From Buchnera aphidicola (Floraphis choui) (GTDB lineage Bacteria > Pseudomonadota > Gammaproteobacteria > Enterobacterales > Enterobacteriaceae): a stretch of 64,000 bases of DNA. This document shows, piece after piece, positions 56,632-64,000 of the stretch (the stretch's first letter is position 1; each line of letters starts with the position of its first letter). The position numbers and the translations under genes were made by a program. The stretch covers positions 150,452 through 214,451 of the forward strand of contig CP140044.1 in assembly GCA_039830045.1 (NCBI GenBank), read 5' to 3'. The notes below the pieces were generated by a model. That model was not told the origin of the DNA, made no database searches, and saw only the letters and a list, made by a program, of their open reading frames with translations.

Positions 56632-57165
56632 ATGAAAAATACCGTTCAGGTTATTATTTCTCAATCAGAATTACACGCACGTATTAATGAGTTAGGTAAA
56701 GAAATTAGCAAACGTTATCAAGATAGTAGTAATAAAATGGTTTTAGTAGGACTATTGCGTGGTTCATTTATTTTTGTAGCTGATTTATGTCGAGCTATTA
56801 ATATTGAACATAAAATTGATTTTATGATTGTTTCTAGTTATGGAAATAATGTTGTTTCGAGTAAAAAAATAAAAATTTTAAAAGATTTAGACGAGAATAT
56901 TTATCAGAAAAATGTCCTCATAGTAGAGGATATTGTTGATTCAGGATTTACTTTGAGTAGAGTGTTAAAAGTGTTAAAATTGCGTCAACCAAAATCTGTA
57001 GCTATTTGTGTTCTATTGGATAAATATGAATGTAGAGAAGTTAAGATTCATGTAGATTATGTTGGATTTCCTATTCATAATGATTTCATGGTAGGTTATG
57101 GAATCGATTGTGCTCAGTCTTATCGTCACCTTCCTTACATTGGAAAGGTAATTAAATCAAAATAA
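56632..57165 (+). CDS. hpt: hypoxanthine phosphoribosyltransferase
   Basis: 177-aa ORF with PRPP motif [11 protein letters not shown] and C-terminal [11 protein letters not shown] as in E. coli Hpt. Confidence 0.95.
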   Translation: MKNTVQVIISQSELHARINELGKEISKRYQDSSNKMVLVGLLRGSFIFVADLCRAINIEHKIDFMIVSSYGNNVVSSKKIKILKDLDENIYQKNVLIVEDIVDSGFTLSRVLKVLKLRQPKSVAICVLLDKYECREVKIHVDYVGFPIHNDFMVGYGIDCAQSYRHLPYIGKVIKSK

Positions 57166-57245
57166 CTTCAAACTTTTAAAATAAACAATACTAGAATATT
57201 TTGTTAACATAGAATTTACGTAATGTGTATTAATATAAAATTAGA

Positions 57246-57270
57246 GTGAAACGGGGAAAATCCCGTTCAC
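57246..57270. terminator. GC-containing hairpin between convergent hpt and dksA
   Basis: The sequence gtgaaacgggg-aaaa-tcccgttcac forms 5 + 4 bp (GTGAA/TTCAC and CGGG/CCCG) with a 1-nt bulge. A T-rich tract follows on the minus strand (CTCTAATTTTATATT). It lies 29 nt after the dksA stop. Confidence 0.6.
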
Positions 57271-57298
57271 TATAATATTAATTATACTATAAAAGAAA

Positions 57299-57754
57299 TT
57301 ATCCTAACATTTGTTTTTCTCTGATTTCTGCTAATGTTTTACAATCTATACATAGGTTAGCAGTAGGTCTGGCTTCTAGTCTACGTATTCCGATTTCTAC
57401 TCCACATGAATCACAGTATCCAAAATCATTTTCTTCGACTTTTTTTAAAGTTTGTTCTATTTTATTAATCAATTTTCTTTCCCTATCTCTATGGCGTAAT
57501 TCAAAACTAAATTCTTCTTCTTGTACGGCGCGATCAATGGGGTCTGGAAAATTTGTAGCTTTTTCTTGTATATATGGTTTTTTTTTAGGTATATCATTTT
57601 TTAATTGAGTAGCCCAAGCAAGAAGAATTTTTTTAAAGTGATTAATTTGCTTTGTGTTCATGTATTTTTCGTCTTTTGTATTTTCGTAAGGTTGTACTCC
57701 TGCCATAAATAGTATACTTAAAGAAGATCTTTTTTTGTTTTTTTCTTTTTGCAT
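57299..57754 (-). CDS. dksA: RNA polymerase-binding transcription factor DksA
   Basis: 151-aa ORF with coiled-coil tip motif [11 protein letters not shown] and C4 zinc finger CDSCGVEI...CIDC. Confidence 0.95.
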   Translation of the reverse strand: MQKEKNKKRSSLSILFMAGVQPYENTKDEKYMNTKQINHFKKILLAWATQLKNDIPKKKPYIQEKATNFPDPIDRAVQEEEFSFELRHRDRERKLINKIEQTLKKVEENDFGYCDSCGVEIGIRRLEARPTANLCIDCKTLAEIREKQMLG

Positions 57755-58051
57755 GATGTATGCCCTAAAATATGCTGTATTAAAAGTAAAATATAATATT
57801 ATAATTTTTAATAAAATATTGTAAATTTAGTATATGAGTATTGTTTTATGTTACTTGCCTTTTTTGATATGTCGATAATATCAAAATATAAATTTATTGT
57901 AAATTTTATACTTTTTAAAAGTAAATTTTTTTATTATTTTGAGTAGAAGTTTTATTTTAGGTATTTTTAATTTCTATAAACAATCTTAAGATAATTTAAA
58001 ATTGAAATAGTATTTTATACATTTTACATCTTTATTTAGAGTGATTTTTTG

Positions 58052-58855
58052 ATGAACAATATAATTAATTATAAAAAAATTGCGTTAGGTATTGAATATC
58101 AAGGTACCAATTATCATGGATGGCAATATCAAAAATCTGTTTCAAATATTCAAGAAAAAGTAGAAAAAGCATTGTCAATTATAGCAAATCATACAGTTAA
58201 TGTTTATTGTGCAGGTAGAACTGATACTGGTGTGCATAGTACTGGACAAGTAATTCATTTCTATACTTCTTCAATAAGGAATTATAATTCTTGGATTTTT
58301 GGAGTTAATCGTTATTTACCGAAAGATATTTCTATATTATGGAAAAAAGAAGTACCAGAGTTCTTTCATGCACGTCATAGTGCTTTATCACGTAGATATC
58401 GTTATATAATTTATAATCATAAGTATCGTTCATCTATTTTTTTTAAAGGATTATATAATTTTTATAAAAAATTAGATGTATTTAAAATGAATCGTGCTGC
58501 TCAATATTTAATCGGTGAGCATGATTTTACTTCATTTAGAGCTATTAAGTGTCAATCTGCTACTCCTATTAGAAAAATTATGTTTTTAAAAGTTTTTAGT
58601 ATGCATAGGTTAGTAGTTATAGATATTACAGCAGATGCTTTTTTATATCATATGGTACGTAATATTGTAGGATGTTTAATTGAAATAGGTGTGTCCAAAC
58701 ATAATGAATTTTGGATAAAAGAGTTATTATTATCTAAAAATAGGAAACTAGCAGCTTTTACAGCTAAGCCTGAGGGTTTGTATTTAGTTCAAGTAACATA
58801 TCCTAAGATTTTTAATTTACCTAACTCTTCTATTGGCCCATTTTTTATATATTAA
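58052..58855 (+). CDS. truA: tRNA pseudouridine(38-40) synthase
   Basis: [17 protein letters not shown], the catalytic-Asp motif [10 protein letters not shown] and RRYRYIIYN are all present. ATG 58052 immediately follows the TTG (58049) used by the ORF track. Confidence 0.94.
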   Translation: MNNIINYKKIALGIEYQGTNYHGWQYQKSVSNIQEKVEKALSIIANHTVNVYCAGRTDTGVHSTGQVIHFYTSSIRNYNSWIFGVNRYLPKDISILWKKEVPEFFHARHSALSRRYRYIIYNHKYRSSIFFKGLYNFYKKLDVFKMNRAAQYLIGEHDFTSFRAIKCQSATPIRKIMFLKVFSMHRLVVIDITADAFLYHMVRNIVGCLIEIGVSKHNEFWIKELLLSKNRKLAAFTAKPEGLYLVQVTYPKIFNLPNSSIGPFFIY

Positions 58856-58962
58856 AAACATAATGATGCAAGCATTATAAATGCGTTATTTATATTTATA
58901 TATATTTATATATTAACATCATATTAAAATTTTTGTATATAAAACCTAAAAGGTTATTAGTA

Positions 58963-61191
58963 ATGTATAGAGTAAATATTAAATTTAACATGTCTTTTTT
59001 AGCAAAAACATCTTTTTTATTATGTTCTTTAATTATAATATATGGACTTTTTTTGTATTTTAAAATTAGTTTTTTTATAAATGGAAAAATCTGGGAATTT
59101 CCTATATCAATATATAGTCGAATAATTACTCTAGAGCCTGGAAATCGTTATACCAAAAAAGAAATGGTTTCTATATTAAAAGGACTTCGATATCAGTATG
59201 TATCTATTTTAAAAGCTCCTGGAGAATTTCATGTAGAAAAAAAAAATATAACATTAATAAGACGGCCTTTTAATTTTCCTAATGGAAGAGAAGGAAAAGT
59301 CTTTATTAAATTACATTTTAAAAATAGAATATTAACAAAGATTGAAAATTTATCTAATAATCGTAGTTTTGGTATATTACAATTAGATCCTCAATTAATT
59401 ACTATGCTTCATTCCCCGAATGGGGAGCAGAGGATTTTTTTGCCTATACGATATTATCCAAAAATATTAATTGATACATTGTTAGCTGTAGAAGATCAAC
59501 ATTTCTACAATCATGATGGAATAAATATTCATTCTATCATTCGTGCTTTTCTAACTAATGTCAGTGTTGGTTATACTGTTCAAGGTGGAAGTACTTTAAC
59601 TCAACAATTAGTAAAAAATTTGTTTTTAACTAATACTCGATCATTATGGAGGAAAGTAAATGAAATATATATGGCATTAATTATGGATTGGAAATATAGT
59701 AAAGATCGAATTTTAGAATTATATTTAAATGAAGTGTATTTGGGTCAAGATGGTAATAAGCAAATTCGAGGATTTCCGTTAGCTAGTTTATATTATTTTG
59801 GTCGCCCTATAAATGAATTAAGTCTCGACCAATATGCATTATTAGTAGGTATGATGAAAGGAGCTTCTTTATATAACCCATGGAATAACCCTATATCAGC
59901 GTTACATAGACGTAATGTAGTATTATATATGTTATTAAAGCATAATATTATTAATAATAATTTTTATAACTCTCTTTTATTAAAACCGTTAAATGTTCAA
60001 TTTCGAGGGAATGTTATTTCTTCTCAAACAGCGTTTATACAAATTGTTCAGAAAGAATTAAGAGAAAAATTAGGTGATAGAGTTAAATATTGGTCAGGAA
60101 TAAAAATTTTTACTACATTAGATCCAGTATCTCAATTTTCTGCAGAACATGCAGTTAAAAATATTATACCTTTGTTAAAAAAAGAAAGAAATCTTAAAGA
60201 TTTAGAAGCAGCTGTAGTTATTATAGATAGGTTTAGTGGAGAAATTCAAGGTATTTTAGGTAGTTCTAATCCTAAAGTATCAGGATATAATCGAGCAATT
60301 CAAGCGCGTCGTTCAATTGGTTCATTATCTAAACCCATAACATATTTAACTGCTTTATCTCAACCAGAAAAATTTAATTTGAATACTTGGATTGCAGATA
60401 AACCGGTTATTATAAAACTAATGAATGGAAAATTGTGGAAACCTCAAAATAATAATTTTAAATTTGTAAAAAAAGTGATGTTAATTGATGCTTTAGCATA
60501 TTCTATTAATATTCCTACAGTTAATTTAAGTATGCAGTTAGGATTAAAAAAATTGATAAGAACTTGGATAAAATTAGGTTTAAATTATAATCAAGTATTA
60601 GAAATTCCATCTATATCGTTAGGATCAATTAATTTAACTCCTATAGAAGTAGCTAGAGTTTTTCAAGTTATAGCTAGTGGAGGTAATAAATCACGCTTAT
60701 CTTCTATTCGTTCAGTAATTTCAGAAGATGGTGTGACATTATATAATAGTTTACCTCAATCAGAAAAAGTAACATCAATGCAAGCTGCATATTTGACTTT
60801 GTACGCAATGCAATCAGTAGTTAAATATGGTACAGCAAAACAATTAGGAACGTTATTTGAAGATGTTTATTTAGCAGGAAAAACGGGAACAACAAACAAT
60901 TTAGTTGATAGTTGGTTTGTTGGAATTGATGGAAAGCAAGTAGTTATTATTTGGATTGGAAGAGATAATAATAAATCTTCGAAGTTATATGGATCTTCTG
61001 GTGCAATGCAAGTTTATCGTAATTATTTAAAACTTCATAAACCTCAACCTTTGATTTTAACTCTTCCTACAAATGTTAATATGTTTAGTATTAACTTTCA
61101 AGGTAATATAGTATGTAATGGCAATTTTGATAATAAAATTTATCGTTATCTACCAATATGGAATAAAAATGAAGTAATTTATTGCAATTAA
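58963..61191 (+). CDS. mrcB: penicillin-binding protein 1B (glycosyltransferase/transpeptidase)
   Basis: Glycosyltransferase motif EDQHFYNHDG, transpeptidase SIGSLSKP and KTGTTNN. Colinear with E. coli MrcB but lacks the long charged N-tail and the C-terminal extension. The start is uncertain: TTG 58933, ATG 58963 (preceded by aaagg) or ATG 58990. Confidence 0.9.
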   Translation: MYRVNIKFNMSFLAKTSFLLCSLIIIYGLFLYFKISFFINGKIWEFPISIYSRIITLEPGNRYTKKEMVSILKGLRYQYVSILKAPGEFHVEKKNITLIRRPFNFPNGREGKVFIKLHFKNRILTKIENLSNNRSFGILQLDPQLITMLHSPNGEQRIFLPIRYYPKILIDTLLAVEDQHFYNHDGINIHSIIRAFLTNVSVGYTVQGGSTLTQQLVKNLFLTNTRSLWRKVNEIYMALIMDWKYSKDRILELYLNEVYLGQDGNKQIRGFPLASLYYFGRPINELSLDQYALLVGMMKGASLYNPWNNPISALHRRNVVLYMLLKHNIINNNFYNSLLLKPLNVQFRGNVISSQTAFIQIVQKELREKLGDRVKYWSGIKIFTTLDPVSQFSAEHAVKNIIPLLKKERNLKDLEAAVVIIDRFSGEIQGILGSSNPKVSGYNRAIQARRSIGSLSKPITYLTALSQPEKFNLNTWIADKPVIIKLMNGKLWKPQNNNFKFVKKVMLIDALAYSINIPTVNLSMQLGLKKLIRTWIKLGLNYNQVLEIPSISLGSINLTPIEVARVFQVIASGGNKSRLSSIRSVISEDGVTLYNSLPQSEKVTSMQAAYLTLYAMQSVVKYGTAKQLGTLFEDVYLAGKTGTTNNLVDSWFVGIDGKQVVIIWIGRDNNKSSKLYGSSGAMQVYRNYLKLHKPQPLILTLPTNVNMFSINFQGNIVCNGNFDNKIYRYLPIWNKNEVIYCN

Positions 61192-61525
61192 TGTTTATTT
61201 AATTAGTAAGATTTTTGTTTTGATAATTAATATAAGTAATTTTATATTTTATAGTTTTGATGAAATATATAAATTAACTTAATAATATTATTAAGGTGTT
61301 AAAATATATTTTTAATTTTAACAAGAATTAGACAATTATTTAATTTAAATATAACAAGTGTATTAAATTAAAATTTTAAATTTTATTAATGTTATTAATT
61401 GATTTTAATTTTAAATGTTTATAAGATTTACAATCTTATTATTTTAAATGAAAATTATTATTTAATTTTTATAAATTTTATATAAAGTTATAATGTTTTG
61501 ATATTCTGTTTAAACTTGAGTATAA

Positions 61526-64000
61526 ATGAATATGATAATTAAATTTTTTAGTAAATTATTTAGTAATCGTAATGATCGGATATTAGAACAAATTCAAAAA
61601 ATAATAGAAGACATTAATAATTTAGAAAAAAGATTTGAAAAATTGTCGGATCAAGAATTAAAAAATAAAACTAAATTTTTTAAGCATTGTTTAAAAAATG
61701 GTTATGAATTGAATAGTTTGTTATCTGAATCATTTGCTGTAGTAAGAGAAGCTAGTAAGCGAGTATTTGGTATGCGTCATTTTGATGTTCAACTATTAGG
61801 TGGAATTGTATTGCATCACAGATGTGTTGCAGAAATGAGAACGGGTGAAGGAAAAACTTTAACAGCAACATTACCTGCTTATTTAAATGCTTTAGAAGGA
61901 AAAGGTGTTCATATTGTAACTATGAATGATTATCTTGCTCAAAGAGATGCTGACAATAATAAAAGTTTATTTAATTTCCTTGGATTAACTGTTGGTGTAA
62001 ACATCTCGGGAATGTCTTCTGAGTTAAAAAGACAAGCTTATTATTCTGATATAACATATGGTACTAATAATGAATATGGATTTGATTACTTAAAAGATAA
62101 TATGGTTTTTTATAAAGAAGATAGAGTACAAAGAGGTTTAAATTTTGCGCTTATTGATGAGGTAGATTCAATCTTAATAGATGAAGCTCGTACGCCATTA
62201 ATAATTTCTAGAGATTTAGAAGATAGTTCTGATTTATATTGTAAAATTGATAAAATCGTCCATAAGTTAATACTTCAAAAAGAAGAAGACTCAGATATAT
62301 TTTCTGGAGTGGGACATTTTTTAGTTGATGAAGAGCAACGTCAGGTAAGTTTAACTGAGAGAGGTTTGATAAAAATTGAAAAGTGGCTAGTTAAAGAAAA
62401 GTTAATAAAAAATGAAGAATCTTTATATTCGTCTAATAATATTGTATTAATGCATCATGTTATAGCTGCTTTGCGAGCTCATAACTTGTTTTTTAAAAAT
62501 ATAGATTATATTATAAAAAATAAAAATATAGTTATTGTAGATGAACATACTGGTAGAACAGTGGAAGGAAAAAGGTGGTCGGATGGTCTACATCAAGCAA
62601 TAGAAGCTAAAGAAAAAGTAAAAATAAAAAGTGAAAGTCAAACGTTAGCATCAATTACTTTTCAAAATTACTTTCGACTATATGATAAATTATCAGGAAT
62701 GACTGGTACTGCTATTACGGAAGCATCTGAATTAAATTCTATTTATAATTTAGATACAATTATTATTCCAACTAATCAAGTCATGATACGTAATGATATG
62801 CCTGATTTAGTATATATGACAGAATTAGAAAAGATAGATGCAATTATTGAAGACATTAAAAAGTGTATTAAAAAAAATCAACCTGTATTAGTAGGAACAG
62901 TGTCTATTGAAAAATCTGAATTAATTTCTAATCGCTTAGTGAAATTAGGTATTAAGCATAATGTTTTAAATGCTAATTTTCATTCTAAAGAAGCTGAGAT
63001 TATTTCTCAAGCTGGAAAACTAAGAGCGGTTACTATCGCTACTAATATGGCAGGGAGAGGTACTGATATAGTTTTAGGTGGTAATATAAAATTTAATTCA
63101 AGTAAAACAAAAACGTTTAGTAAAGTAAAAATACAAAAACTTAAAGAGGAATGGAAAAGAGAACATGATCTTGTTTTAAAATCTGGTGGATTACATATTA
63201 TAGGAACAGAACGACACGAATCTAGAAGGATTGATAATCAATTGAGAGGGAGATCTGGTCGTCAAGGGGATATTGGTTCATCTAGATTTTACTTATCTTT
63301 AGAAGATTCTTTAATGCGGATTTTTTCTTCTAATCGTATTATTAGAATTATGAGAACATTGGGAGTAAAGAATGGAGAAGCTATTACTCATTCTTTTGTA
63401 ACTAAAGCAATTTCTAATGCTCAGAAAAAGGTAGAAAATCGTAACTTTGATATTAGAAAGCAATTATTAGAATATGACGATGTTGCAAATGAACAGCGTC
63501 GTATTATTTATCACCAAAGAAATTGTATAATTGATTCTAATGATATTAGTATTTTTATTAAAAAAATTTTTTGTAGCGTATTTACTAATGTTGTTAACAA
63601 ATATATAAAAAAAAATTCGTTAAAAGAAACTTGGAATATCTCTAAATTAGAGTCGTGTTTATATAATAAATTTAATTTAGTATGTCCAGTTTTTAAATGG
63701 TTAGATGAAGATAACATGTTATATGAAGAAAAATTAATCAAAAAAATTTTAAAATGTGCAAACATAAGTTATCAACTTAAGCGAAATTCTATTGGATTAA
63801 ATAACATAAATAAACTTGAGAAATCAGTAATGATTAATACGTTAGATATGTTTTGGAAAGAACATTTATCAGATATGGAGTATTTGAGACAAGGTATTCA
63901 TTTAAGAGGATATGCGCAAAAAGATCCTAAACAAGAATATAAAAAAGAATCATTTTTAATGTTTTCTGCTATGTTAGAATCGTTAAAATATAAAGTAATT
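61526..64000 (+). CDS. secA: preprotein translocase ATPase SecA (3' end beyond the window)
   Basis: Not in the ORF track because no stop is reached. The frame from ATG 61526 (or 61532, [16 protein letters not shown] vs E. coli MLIKLLTKVFGSRNDR) is consistent with the last codons of the window ([22 protein letters not shown] vs E. coli [23 protein letters not shown]). Walker [22 protein letters not shown] and [10 protein letters not shown] are present. Confidence 0.95.
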   Translation, partial: MNMIIKFFSKLFSNRNDRILEQIQKIIEDINNLEKRFEKLSDQELKNKTKFFKHCLKNGYELNSLLSESFAVVREASKRVFGMRHFDVQLLGGIVLHHRCVAEMRTGEGKTLTATLPAYLNALEGKGVHIVTMNDYLAQRDADNNKSLFNFLGLTVGVNISGMSSELKRQAYYSDITYGTNNEYGFDYLKDNMVFYKEDRVQRGLNFALIDEVDSILIDEARTPLIISRDLEDSSDLYCKIDKIVHKLILQKEEDSDIFSGVGHFLVDEEQRQVSLTERGLIKIEKWLVKEKLIKNEESLYSSNNIVLMHHVIAALRAHNLFFKNIDYIIKNKNIVIVDEHTGRTVEGKRWSDGLHQAIEAKEKVKIKSESQTLASITFQNYFRLYDKLSGMTGTAITEASELNSIYNLDTIIIPTNQVMIRNDMPDLVYMTELEKIDAIIEDIKKCIKKNQPVLVGTVSIEKSELISNRLVKLGIKHNVLNANFHSKEAEIISQAGKLRAVTIATNMAGRGTDIVLGGNIKFNSSKTKTFSKVKIQKLKEEWKREHDLVLKSGGLHIIGTERHESRRIDNQLRGRSGRQGDIGSSRFYLSLEDSLMRIFSSNRIIRIMRTLGVKNGEAITHSFVTKAISNAQKKVENRNFDIRKQLLEYDDVANEQRRIIYHQRNCIIDSNDISIFIKKIFCSVFTNVVNKYIKKNSLKETWNISKLESCLYNKFNLVCPVFKWLDEDNMLYEEKLIKKILKCANISYQLKRNSIGLNNINKLEKSVMINTLDMFWKEHLSDMEYLRQGIHLRGYAQKDPKQEYKKESFLMFSAMLESLKYKVI

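Noticed and set aside
1-64000. A search for mobile elements, CRISPR repeats, toxin-antitoxin pairs, restriction-modification or other defence or novel multi-gene systems
   Set aside because: Every ORF of 100 aa or more maps to a known housekeeping family, with one DUF2076-like exception. There are no transposase, integrase or phage-like ORFs, no regularly spaced direct repeats, and no unexplained gene cluster. The only repeats are short AT-only elements in spacers.

Overview
This is a very AT-rich (by eye, not computed), gene-dense 64 kb stretch of housekeeping genes. The order is lspA-ileS-ribF / rpsT / dnaJ-dnaK / nuoA-N / folC-cvpA / prs-ispE / prfA-prmC / sirB1 / nadE / ackA-pta / nrdB-nrdA / gyrA / DUF2076-like / ahpC / ung / grpE / nadK / ssrA / grxD / rnt / sodA / pth-ychF / thrC-thrB-thrA / hpt / dksA / truA / mrcB / secA (cut by the window end). 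This mosaic of E. coli-like operons, the base composition, and the lack of regulators and leader peptides fit a reduced gammaproteobacterial obligate endosymbiont. From memory it best matches Buchnera aphidicola; the strain cannot be determined without a search. I call 52 intact protein genes, two decaying genes (ispE, lolB) and one tmRNA. I found no tRNA or rRNA, no IS or phage genes, no CRISPR array, no defence or toxin island, and no novel multi-gene system. The notable signals are marks of genome erosion. (1) ispE is split exactly at an A9 tract, and one extra A restores the full protein. (2) The conserved N-terminus of ung lies in a different frame from the body, and the two frames join at an A10 tract. 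(3) A colinear lolB pseudogene has four in-frame stops, no frameshift and no start codon. (4) Many other A9-A12 tracts sit in frame, including A12 in ackA. (5) A sigma-32 promoter upstream of dnaK aligns closely with E. coli dnaK P1. (6) A protein of unknown function (DUF2076-like) is retained. (7) Perfect AT-only palindromes lie in two divergent promoter spacers. All protein identifications rest on my recall of E. coli orthologues and family motifs, not on a database search.
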